Below are positions 47,090-64,000 of a stretch of DNA of 64,000 bases, one piece after another. This DNA comes from the human T2T-CHM13v2.0 reference genome, Homo sapiens. Below the pieces are notes generated by a model. That model was not told the DNA's origin, did no database searches, and saw only the letters and a program-made list of their open reading frames with translations. Every line of letters starts with the position of its first letter. The stretch's first letter is position 1. The stretch is from assembly GCF_009914755.1 (NCBI RefSeq), contig NC_060945.1; one strand, written 5' to 3'. The position numbers and the translations under genes were made by a program.

Positions 47090-48159
47090 CAGGTATCAGG
47101 TGAAGCACCTCTATGTTTTGAAAGGCACAATAATAGTCACCACCAGACTAGAACCTGTGATATGGGATTTTTGCCACCTCAACAATGTAGTGAGACCCTT
47201 TTATTAGCAGACCAGATGTGGATGGTATGGCAACATAATTTGCCAAAAATGGATGCCTACCCTTCTCCTTGGGGATGGTTATGGGCTTGCAGAACTCATG
47301 GCTGGCCGTACTTACCTTCTAACTGGACCGGAAGGTGTATGTGTGGTCACCGTTATCTCCCGGGATGTATCCTCACCAAATTGGACTCTCTCCCATCTAA
47401 CTGGGAAATTGTAAAGGCTCGCCATAGGCGACAAAAACAAGCATCTTGGTGGTTCTACCCCATGGCTATGTTTTCCTCACAGGCAGCTACCAAATTACAA
47501 GCTGAAGCCTTAGCCGAGCACACGGTTGCAGCTTTCAGTAATACATGCCATGCTGCCATGCCCTTACCATCCTGAGGAAACTTCTCAGATTAGGCAGGTA
47601 CCCTTACAAAACCGTATGGCTTTGGACATTTTAACAGCCGCCCCAGGAGGAACTTGTGTTTTGATCAAAACTAAATGTTGTGTGTATGTTCCAGACTATT
47701 CACATAACGTTACTCAGGCTATGAAAGCTTTAGACACTCATATCTCTGCCATTGATGCGCTATCAGTCGACCCTATATCGGCTTAGTTCCAACAACTGCC
47801 CAGTTCTTAGAAGGCCTTTCTGTTTAGTTTACTTGGAATTATTTTACTTATTTTGCTTTGCTATTGTGGAATATATTGCGGTTATATTCTTCGTGTAGGA
47901 ATGCAAGACAAGCTTACTTAAATTGGACCCTTATTAAGCTTCCAGATATGACCTTTTGTTGGAACTCAGAGTTATGAACACCCCTCATCATACTGATGCT
48001 TTCTGACTGAGCTCCTCTCTACCCTGAATGCAAGAGACCCAATAATTAGGCAGGAATATCGTCACCCCTATTCAGCCTGAAGGAGTTACAGAAGACAGAT
48101 CTTTGTCCCTCTGCAAACTTTAGGGTTAAGGGTCCTCTTGTAAAGGGAGGGGAGAAATA
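47090..48159 (+). mobile_element. ERV1-class internal region: disrupted env (SU end, TM) and polypurine tract
   Basis: WPYLPSNWTGRC; furin-like RHRRQKQ; ISD LQNRMALDILTAAPGGTC; CX6CC CVLIKTKCC; hydrophobic TM; frameshift near 47570, TAG at 47784; PPT aaagggaggggagaaa. Confidence 0.88.
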
Positions 48160-48528
48160 TGTCAGAGGCGTTTGAACCAGAGCGACTCCATCTTGAGGGC
48201 TGTGTAAAATGAGGCTGGGACATGCTGAGCTGCATTCCCAGAAAGTCAGGTATTTCTAGCCTCTAGATGTTTACGGTTAAAGGAACAGATTGATAATGTT
48301 TACTAAAGTGACCCAGACTTAGGAATGTCCTGATATCCCAATATCTTGAGAACAGAAGCGTTCCTAATTTTGCTTTAAAGATAATAATATCAATTCTTGC
48401 AAAATGTAGTAATTAGGAAAATTAATCATTTATCACAAATCCTTGTAGCAGAGCACATCTCCCCATGATCTTTTTTTAATCCTATCTATAAATAAGTATT
48501 GTACCTAGGATGGACACATTCCTCCTCT
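48160..48528 (+). mobile_element. LTR26/MER41-family ERV1 3' LTR (truncated)
   Basis: Starts tgtcagaggcgtttgaaccagagcgactccatcttg directly after the PPT; body resembles LTR26. Confidence 0.8.
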
Positions 48529-48539
48529 GGTAACTTCCT

Positions 48540-49122
<583 letters not shown>

Positions 49123-49229
49123 TGACAAGGACACGCAATGGGGAAAGGCTGAAGCGGGGAGGATTACTTGAGTTCAAGACTTTGAGAAAACCAGCCTGGG
49201 CCACGTAAGGAAACCCCTATCTCTTTTTA

Positions 49230-49482
49230 AAAAAGTATTGTATACTAAAAGTTTGCTAAGAGAGTGGATCTTAATATGTTAAGTGTTTTTGTCACAAAAA
49301 TAGCAGAGATCATAATAAAGGAGGTGCAGTGAAACTGCGAGGGGATGAGTATGTTTATGGCCATGATGGTGATAATGGTTTCCCAAGTGTATACTTATCC
49401 CTAATCTCATCCAGATGTTTACATTCAATATGTATGGTTTTGATATGTTAATCATACCTGAATAAAGTGGTTTAAAAAGAAG
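49230..49482 (+). mobile_element. L1M 3' end
   Basis: tttgctaagagagtggatctt...ggtgataatggtttc...aatcatacctgaataaagtggtttaaaaaa. Confidence 0.75.
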
Positions 49483-49486
49483 AGTT

Positions 49487-49787
<301 letters not shown>

Positions 49788-50246
49788 TCAAGCTTCCTGT
49801 CCTCATAGAACTTGTGCTCTAGCTTGAGAAGACAGACAATAAACCAGTAAACAGGATACTTTGACATGCCTTGAAGGAAGAAAACGCAGAGTTTAGCCTG
49901 AGAGGTTGAGATGTAGGATCGGGTTATCTTGAGACAGAGGAGACCAGGGGTACATAGTAAATTCACTTAGGCAATGAATGACTCGGATCTTGGCTGTAGG
50001 GATGGGGATCAGTGGTGGTGGTGGTGAATTGGGGATATATTTTGGTGGGGACTGACAGGACTCTTCAGTGAATCTAATGTGAGACAGAGCACAGAGACTT
50101 TTGGCTGTGAGCAATAGAACCCAAATTAGCATCAACCACGAGAAAGGAGATCATCTCCAACAATAGAAGATGGATGTGGGATTCATAATAGGCTTGCCCT
50201 GGGTCATAGATGCAGCAGCTTAATGGGTTATCACAGTCCCAAGTTA

Positions 50247-50582
<336 letters not shown>

Positions 50583-51702
50583 TGAGTTGGCTTCTTTCTC
50601 TGTCTGAAATGGAAATTCTAGGTGTCATATCCAGATTACAGCATCCAGACAAATAATGTCTCTTTTCTCAGAGTGTCAATCGATTGGCTTTTTTTACTGC
50701 TTAGAATGTAGTCACAGTCAGGGGGACTCGGATACCCTTTGGCCAAATCAGGCCCACCCCTGGAGTTGGGCCAGGAGTGGAGACAGTGGAAACCTGAACA
50801 AAATGAGGGCTGTGTCACAAAGGACAAGGAGAAGAGTTGATGTGGCCTGGTATTCAGCAGTATCCGCCAGGCTGTGTGGATGGGGAGCCATTTGCCCTGC
50901 CAGGGATGCAGAGAGTTTGAGAGGAAGCTGGTAGGTCTGGTGTTGATGCATTACATTTTGGGAAACATCCGGGTCCGGTAGGCAGTTGCAGCTACAGGCC
51001 TGGAGCTTAGGAGGAAGGAAATATTTGAAAGAAAAGAGATGTTCGGGCGAGAGCTGAAACCTCAGGCGTGTGGATGGGTCAAATGGGGAACATAAAATGC
51101 CTACACCTGGCAACTAGGGATGTCACCCATCGTCCTGATGAAGCAGTTTCAGTGAGTGGCAGGGCAGAAACGAAGCCAACGGAAGAGAGTGGAAGGGAAA
51201 GGAAGAAATGGGAAGAGCTCTGGATCCTACACTGCCGTGCTGGACCACACTGTTTCACAGGAAGCCCAGGGTCTGAGCTGGTTTGTCCATGTGATGAAGA
51301 CAGAAGATAAATAGGGGTAGGTGTGACCCAAGCCTGTGAGCCAAGGAGAAGGTATGAAGGGAGGTGATGGTCAGAACATGTGAATGCTCAGCGCTCATCA
51401 CTGTATTGGATATCCAGGCTGCTGCAGAAGGATGAGAAGCAAAGGATGCAAATGAGAGCAAAAACACAGGGCTTGACACAGCTTGTCTATCATCACTATG
51501 ATGGATGAGCTGGCCAGTGACACCCAAACACAATATACACATATAGCTCACCGTGCAGCATATGTTTCTAGCCTGTTTCCAAACTTTATGGATACATGAC
51601 TGTGTAATTAATTGTCATTAGATACGATGATTGGATTTCTGTTGTTACATGTATCCCTCTAACAGTCCACAGTGCTGATTGTTATTTTAAAAAGAACACA
51701 GA

Positions 51703-52011
<309 letters not shown>

Positions 52012-53242
52012 GCTAAGCCAGCCATAAATTGGCCACATTGTTCTCTCCTAATCACAAATGAGGCCTGGTTTTCCAAATATGGAAAGGAAAGGCCCCTTGC
52101 TTCTCTCCCATATGGCTCAGCTTTTGTGGCTTCAAAGGATAATCACTCCCTCTAAGGGGCAGCCATTTAATATTCAAGACATGAGTGAAACCCCCCAAAA
52201 CCTACTCAAATATTAAGGGGCACTTGTTCTGCCTGACTCTTGAAATTACATGAACAAGCTAAAGGTTTCCCTGTCTCGGGTGAGCTATAAAAGCAGAGGC
52301 AATGGTACAGACATGTGTATCTGACATAGCCTGAGGGGCGATCCCTTCTTAAGCCTGCAGGAGGAAGCTGCCTTAAGTTTGATTAGATGTTGCCCTACGT
52401 CTGTGGTTTGGAGTGTTGGCCAGGATAATAACTAAAAGCAGAAAAAAATGTCATCTAAATGCTACTTTTACATTTTTCTTTTTTTGTTTTTGAGACTTAC
52501 TCTATCACTCAGGCTGAAATGCAGTGGTATGATCATAGTCACTGTAATTTCAAACTCCTGGGCTCAAGAGATCCTCCTACCTTGGCCTCCCAAAGCCCTG
52601 GGATTACAGGCATGGGCTTCCGGGCCCAGCCAAGGTCTTTATTATGACAGGATTTTGCATCATCTTCTTGTTGGTTTTATTGATCATATTTGCATGCTGC
52701 AAAATGCTTTTTCCATGGCACTCTGCCATGTGGTCAGCTCACCACCCTGAACTGTGTGTGAAGTACCATAAATTTAGGTTTGATCCAAAAAGGACTCTCT
52801 CATTATCAAAATGTGCCTGTTATGTTGCCTGGGCCAGCGAAGCTATTCTTTCCATTAATAGCTCTAAATGGAATGAGAAATCTTAGACTTGTAGGTTAGT
52901 CTATTTTACTTGTGTGTTTATTTTGAATACTTTCAAAATGTTTGGTGAAACTTAATTTGGAACATTCCAGGGTGTTCTCTCATCTCTGAGCCAACCTATA
53001 AAGAAAAGAGGAGAATTGTCTCTTCAGTGTATCACTCGTGGGGCTGTAGGGGAGGCAAGGAGATCACAGGTTGCATTTTTCTTTGGAAATTTTCTGACAC
53101 AGACCTATTAATCAGTCTAGCCTATTTTTTCCATGGGAGTGAGATGAAAAGAATGAAGTATATGAAATCCCTTATTAACCCTTGCATGCTCAATCTCCAC
53201 ACTAGATCAGGGCCTTCTGTATTTAATAGGATTCCATACTAC

Positions 53243-53538
<296 letters not shown>

Positions 53539-53889
53539 TTACTTTTTTGAAAAAGTCTTAAATAATGCACACACCCCATTTTTATTTCATGCGTATCCTT
53601 CCTTTGTTTTATATTATTTACAAACAATATAATGTGCATCTGTAAACCTATCATCCAACTTGGAGCTAGGATGTGGACAGTTACCAAGATAAACTTATGT
53701 GTCCCTTCAAAATGCTTTGCATGCTTATAATTGTTTACAGTACTTACAGTTGTTTAGTTAAGCCATAAGAGAACAAGGTCTGGGCATATTTGGTTCATCA
53801 TCATATTTTACTCTGCAGTGAGTGAAGTATCTGATACCTAAAAGGCTTTAATATCTTTTTTAAAATATCTTTTTTTAGAGAAAAATGTA

Positions 53890-54205
53890 ATTCTTGTAAA
53901 AACACGTATCATAACATTTACCATCTTAACGATTTTTAATTGTCCAGTTCAGTAGTGCTAAGTACTCATATTACGGTGGAACAGATCTCCAAAACTCTAC
54001 CCATTAAACAACTTCTCATGTCCACGTCCCCCCAGTCCCCGGTAACCACTATTCCACTTTCTGTTTCTCAGTTTGACTACTTTAGATACCTCATACAAGT
54101 GGAATCGTACAATATTTGTTTTTTTTTTTTTTGTGACTGGTTTATTTCACTTAGCATAATGTTGCTGGGGTTCATCCATGTTGTAGCATGTCAGAATTTC
54201 CTTCC
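53890..54205 (-). mobile_element. L1MB-like 3' fragment
   Basis: acatttaccatcttaac...gatacctcatacaagtggaatc...tttcacttagcataatg...catccatgttgtagcatgtcagaatttccttcc. Confidence 0.8.
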
Positions 54206-55293
<1,088 letters not shown>

Positions 55294-55370
55294 TAAAAAT
55301 AATGTTTTTCTACCCAATTGGATATGCTGCTGGAAAGAATGATTTAATTTTTTTCTGAGAATGGAATATA

Positions 55371-55574
55371 TTTTTCCCCCTTCCCTTCCCCCTTCTCTTC
55401 CCCCTTCCCTTCCCTTCCCTTTTTCCTTCCCTTCCCCCTTCCCTCCTCCCTTCCCTTCCCTCCTCTCTTCCCTTCCCTCTCCCTCCCCCTCCCCCTCCCC
55501 ATCCCCTCCTCCTTCCCCCTTTCCCCTCCCCTTCCCCCCTTCCCCCCTCCCCTCCCCTCGTCTCTTCTCTTCTT
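55371..55574. repeat. ~200-bp polypyrimidine (CCCTT-like) tract at the tail of an AluJ (~55572-55820)
   Basis: Only two purines in the tract. Confidence 0.9.
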
Positions 55575-56214
55575 GAGGCGGGGTCTCACTCTGTTGCCCA
55601 GGCTAGAATGCAGTGGTGTGACTATAGCTCACTGCAGCCTCCACCTCCTGGACTGAAGCCTCAAGCAATCCTCTCGCTGTAGCCTCCCGAGTCAGCTGGA
55701 ACTACAGGTGTATGCCATCATGCCTGGATAATTTTAAATTTCTTTGTAGAGACGGGGTTTCACCATTTACTTACCTAGACTGTCTCAAACTGCTGGGCTC
55801 AAGCGATGCACCTGCCTTGGGGGATTCTTAGTAAATCTACAGGGCTGTGCAACCATCACCACAATCCAGTTTTGGAACACTTAAATCACCTGGAAAAGAT
55901 CCCGCCTGTCCATCTGCAGCCAATCCTGGCCATAACTCCCGAAGCCCCAGGTAACCACTGATCCACTTTCTTTTACCGTAGCTTAAAATCTTCTGCCTCT
56001 GACTAGCCTGGGAAACATAATGAGACCTTGTCTCTACAAAAAATTTAAAAATTAGCTGGTCATAGTGTCATGTATCTCTAGTCCCAGCTACCTGGGAGAC
56101 AGAGGTGGAAGGATCGCTTGAGGCTGGGAGGCAGAGGTTGCAGTGAGTCGTGATTGAGCTACTGCACTGTAACTAGGGTGACAGAGCAAGACCCTGTCTC
56201 AGGAACACAACAAA

Positions 56215-56572
56215 ACAACCTTCTGCTCTTCAAAGGACAGTGTTAAGAGAATGAAAAGACAAGCCACAGACTGGGATAAAATGTTTGCAAAACATATTAC
56301 AGATAAAGGATTTGTATACAGAATAAACTCAACATTATAATAGATAATAAACAACTCAGTAAAGAAAGGGGCAACAAAGATCTGAACAGATATTTCATCA
56401 AAGATATAAGAATGACAAGCATATGAAAATGTGTTCAATATTAGTAGTCATTAGGGAAATGCAAATATAGCAGAAAACTATAATGAGATACCATTACCCC
56501 TTATTAGAATGGCTAGATTGAAAAGACTGACACTACCAAGTATTGGTGAGGATGTGGAGGAACTGGAACTCC
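56215..56572 (+). mobile_element. L1M ORF2 3' fragment
   Basis: aagagaatgaaaagacaagccacagactggga...tagtcattagggaaatgcaaat...tattggtgaggatgtggaggaactggaactc. Confidence 0.85.
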
Positions 56573-56574
56573 TG

Positions 56575-57980
<1,406 letters not shown>

Positions 57981-58264
57981 TTTTTTTAGGGATGGGGTCT
58001 CACTATGTTGCCGAGGCTGGTCACCAACTCCTCAGCTCTAGTAATCCTCTCACTGCAGCCTCCCAAGTACTGGGACTACAGGCACATCCATTGCTCTGGC
58101 TCATAAACCTTTTTTTTTTCCTTTTTTTTTTTTTTTTATAGGCAGGAGAACTGTATCTTCAAAAATGTCAATATAATAAAAAACAAAGAAAAGATATGGA
58201 AATGTTTCAGATTAAAGGAGGCCAAAGAGACATGTAAATTAAATAAAATACCTGACCCTGGATC

Positions 58265-58646
<382 letters not shown>

Positions 58647-58697
58647 TAAAGTATTGTATTAATGTTAACATTACAGAAGTTGACAAATTATGTAAGA

Positions 58698-58987
58698 GGC
58701 CGGGCGAAGTGACTCACACCTGTAATCCCAGCACTTTGGGAGGCTGAGGTGGGTGAATCACCTGAGGTCAGGAGTTTGAGACCAGCCTTGCCAACATGGT
58801 GTAACCCCGTCTCTACTAAAAATACAAAAATTAGCTGGGAGTGGTGGCGCATGCCTGTAACCCCAGCTACTCGGAGGCTGAGGCAGGAGAATCACTTGAA
58901 CCTGGGAGACAGAGGTTGTAGTGAGCCAAGATTGCGCCACTGCACTCCAGCCTGGGTGACAGAGCAAGACCTTGTCTCCAAAAAAAA
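58698..58987 (+). mobile_element. Alu (Sx-like)
   Basis: Dimer, TSD atgtaagag. Confidence 0.9.
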
Positions 58988-59007
58988 TGTAAGAGTACAT
59001 TGTTAGT

Positions 59008-59008
<1 letters not shown>

Positions 59009-59046
<38 letters not shown>

Positions 59047-59100
59047 AGAGAGAAAGAATGAGAGAGCGAGAAGGAGAAAAGAATGAGAGAGAGAGAGAAA
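59009..59100. repeat. (AC)n followed by GA-rich compound microsatellite
   Basis: Read directly. Confidence 0.9.
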
Positions 59101-59109
59101 CAGAGAACA

Positions 59110-59547
59110 AGTCCCCAAAGAACCTTGGTCAACCCAGCTCTCCCCTTCTTGCTTGCGGTTCCCAGGCAGAATGTACCAAGATTGCAACATCCTGAGATAA
59201 AGAGGAACAACCCAGGCTCTCTCCACGATCCTCCTAGAACAGATGTCCTGCAACACTTGTGATCAGTTAAGTCAAGTCCTGGCCAGAGTATAAAACCCAG
59301 AGTTGGGGGGTGGTGTGCTTTCTGAGTCCCTCAGCTGCAGTGTGAAGTGGAGCTCGTGCAGATGAGACTTCCTCTGTCCTATGCACCTTTCTTGAGGCTT
59401 GGGGACCAGCTCACCGTGGATCCTAGGCTTCTGTTGGCTTTTGCCGCCTTTCTGGGAGTAATAAAGTTGCTTTGCCTTACTTGTGTAAGTGTTCTATCTC
59501 CCTGGACTTATACTCGGACAGCTGGGTTTGTGCAAAATCTCCTAGCA
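59110..59547 (+). mobile_element. MER74-like ERVL LTR
   Basis: ctccccttcttgcttg...gcaacatcctgagata...gtataaaaccc...tccctcagctgc...atcctaggcttctgttg...gtaataaa. Confidence 0.72.
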
Positions 59548-59788
59548 AATGCAGGAATCTTAGCAGAAATTAACCAGGTGTTTAGAGCCCTCCCTTGGGA
59601 TTGGTAATCAGTGTGTGATGTTTCTCTCTCAGTGATTGACACTGGTGTATGGTATTCTGCTTAACAGAGGGAGAGAAAGAACATGAAGGAGCAAATGAAG
59701 TAAAATGAACTAGGTTAATCTAAGTTAAGGATTTTTTTTTTTTTTTTTTTGAGACAAGGTCTTGCTATGTTGCCTAGGTTGGTCTTGA

Positions 59789-60220
<432 letters not shown>

Positions 60221-60485
60221 ACAACTTTTCTACAAATTTGAAACTATTTTAAAATAAAAACTTTCAATATTTTAATTATTTTTAAAACGAAGATGGCATG
60301 GCATAAAATAAAAACAAATTTAAAAAGCAAACGAAAGTTTATTTAGAGATAAATTTCTGGGCATAGTGCTAAGCCTGTGAAAATTTATGGTCTAAATAAA
60401 GTTGGCTGCACTAATAACCATAAGATTAATTTTTAACCTATTGAACTTTACCTAATCAGAAGGCCTTGGTGTAAAATACGGACTA

Positions 60486-60817
<332 letters not shown>

Positions 60818-60997
60818 AGGTTATCTGGTTTTAGCAATATTTTTCAAACTGAGGTGAAATTCATAGAAGATACAATTAGCCATTTTAAAGCATATAATTC
60901 AATGTCGCACAACACCATCTAGCAATATAAATAGTGCTGCCGTTTAGGATAATTTAATATTTGTATTTTAAAATGTTGCATAAATGCTTGTTCTTAA

Positions 60998-61318
<321 letters not shown>

Positions 61319-61352
61319 ACACTTCCATTTTATAACATTTTACTTTATTTAA

Positions 61353-61904
<552 letters not shown>

Positions 61905-62078
61905 TAATAGATGTACATATTTTGGGGATCCATTTGATCATTTGATACATTCATATAGTGTTAAAGATTAAAGCAGGTTTATTGAGATATCCATCACCTT
62001 AAATATTATCTTTTATACACACTTTTTAAAAACCTCATTAAAATTAGCCAGGTGTGGTGCTGCACACCTGTAGTCCTA

Positions 62079-62219
<141 letters not shown>

Positions 62220-63009
62220 TTAAGCATAGCAAAATAGTTCATATTACATTCTGTTTTTCTTTCAGATTAGCTATACACACACACAAAGGCTTAAAAATTC
62301 AGCTATACTAAAATGCAGTATTCCAAAAGACACCAATTCTTCATTCTTTGTTAGCCATCCTGGATTCTCAAACAGGCTGCCAACATACAGGATGACTGTA
62401 GGTGTCTCGCAGCTACTGAGCAATACGATGGCTGTAAAACGCGTGCATGTGAGGAATTGCCTGAGCTTAGTTCCTGCCAGTCAGCTACTGAAACAAACAC
62501 TGCAGATTTTACTTGATTCGCTCTGAATACTGATGCTTCCTAGTTCCTGGGGGAAAGATGGTCAGTCTGCTCTGTAATTCAACCTGTGTGTAATCATCAA
62601 TATGATCATCATTATTGTCATCTAGTAAAACCAAGTGGATAATGCTAAGAATAGGGAAAGTTTCAGTTCCCACTAAATTCCTTCTCTCTTTGTCGACTCT
62701 GTTTTCATAGGTTTTAGAATGAGTTGAGGCAAGCTCATTTTCACCTTGCATTTCAGTGCTGCCTTCTGGATGTGCTCTCTTGAATCTGCCTTGCGTTTGC
62801 TGCCCTCAGTAACTGACCCTGCTTCCCTCAGTTCTGATCACACTGCTGGTCAGTGCTGATGTTCCTTTGAGTCTCTGACTGAGATGTAGTCTCCCTGAAG
62901 AGACTTCAGCTCTCCAAACTCAGTCATGATTGGTTTAAAATTGATATAAAAGCCACCGATGAAGGGCTTGTTAGCCTGGCTCTCTGAAGTCCGACGAAGA
63001 AAGATTGTT

Positions 63010-63321
63010 GGCCAGGTGCGGTGGCTCACACCTATAATCCCAGCACTTTGGGAAGCCGAAGCGGGCAGATCGCCTGAAGTCAGGAGTTCGAGACCAGCCT
63101 GGCCAATATGGTGAAACCCTGTCTCTACAAAAATACAAAAATGAGCTGGGTGTGTTGGTGTGTGCCTGTAATCCCAGCTACTCAGGAGGCTGAGGCAGGA
63201 GAATCGCTTGAACCCGGGAAGCAGAGGTTTCAGTGAGCCGATACCAAGCCATTGCACTCCAGCCTGGGCAACAAGAGCGAAACTCCATCTCAAAAAAAAA
63301 AAAAAAGAAAAAAAGAAAAAA
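63010..63321 (+). mobile_element. Alu (Sp/Sq-like) inserted in RNF6P1
   Basis: Dimer, TSD aagaaagatt(g/a)tt. Confidence 0.92.
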
Positions 63322-63476
63322 AAGAAAGATTATTATGACAGAAGTCCTGGTACTTGTCTGCTCTGAACAAGAAGTGGTTTGACAAAAGCCCCCGCTGCTG
63401 CTTTCATTGGTATTTGCATTTTCTGACAGTTTTGCTCTGGGCTCAGATCCATTTGTAACACTGTCCCAATCTCTAT

Positions 63477-63823
63477 CCCCTCCCCTCCACTTCTGTCCCC
63501 TCCCCTGCCCTCCACTTCCCTTTCCCCTCCCCCCCTTTTTTTTTGACAGGGTCTTGCTCTGTCACCCAGACTGGAGTGCAGTGGCGTGATCTTGGCTCAC
63601 TGCAGCCTCCGTCTCCAAAGCTGAAATGATTTTCTCTCTTCAGCCTCCTGAGTAGCTGGGACTATAGACATGTGCCACCATGTCCAGCTAATTTTTGTAT
63701 GTTTTGTAGACATGGGGGTCTCACTATGTTGCCCAGGCTGGTCTAGAGCTCCTGAACTCAAGTGATCCTCCTGCCTCGGCCTCCCAAAGTGTTAGGATTA
63801 CAGGTGTGAGCCACTGTGCCCGG
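63477..63823 (-). mobile_element. AluJ-like element with C/T-rich tail inserted in RNF6P1
   Basis: J diagnostics; TSD tcccaat(c/t)tctat. Confidence 0.88.
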
Positions 63824-64000
63824 TCCCAATTTCTATTTTCTACAGGGTGATTTTTTTTTTTTTAACTTGACAGTCTAGTGTGATAGTTGGATGGTGTTGG
63901 TAGCAGTTTGGACCTGCTGTATTCTTTTTCTTCTTCCACTGCTTTACTTGACTCAAGTCTTGAATTAAGGAATGAAACTTTTCTGTGTTCTCTGTCTCTT

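Larger units (their letters stand above)
62280..64000 (-). pseudogene. RNF6P1: RNF6 processed pseudogene (3' part; continues past the right edge), interrupted by two Alus
   Basis: Minus-strand translation [41 protein letters not shown]...KLRQ..HAF..HRI...PVCWQPV matches the RNF6 C-terminus and RING-H2; many stops and frameshifts. Confidence 0.9.

Noticed and set aside
62850-63293. 147-aa ORF as a novel gene
   Set aside because: Chimera of antisense Alu translation and decayed RNF6 pseudogene sequence

Overview
Human (or near-human primate) genomic DNA, recognisable as the chr21q22.2 BRWD1-HMGN1 interval. The minus strand carries the CpG-island 5' end of BRWD1 (four short coding exons, MAEPSSARRP...RSYEEL; the rest of the gene lies left of the window) and the complete six-exon HMGN1 gene (100 aa; all splice sites and the poly(A) signal are visible). 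A degraded processed RNF6 pseudogene runs off the right edge. The rest is very Alu-dense (about 80 Alu pieces) with L1/L2/MIR fragments, Tigger-family elements, an Hsmar1 mariner remnant, several LTRs and an ERV1 env-PPT-LTR remnant. No CRISPR, rRNA or tRNA was seen, and I found no clear novel multi-gene system. The best leads are post-transcriptional: a strong-Kozak poly-Ala uORF built on a CGG repeat in the BRWD1 leader, and an Alu-free HMGN1 intron 4 holding three stop-containing candidate cassette exons, UG tracts and a U13 snoRNA copy. Structural oddities include a 26-bp duplication in the HMGN1 5' UTR, an apparently templated Alu fragment and a ~701-bp tandem duplication. Repeat boundaries and subfamily names were called by eye and are approximate.
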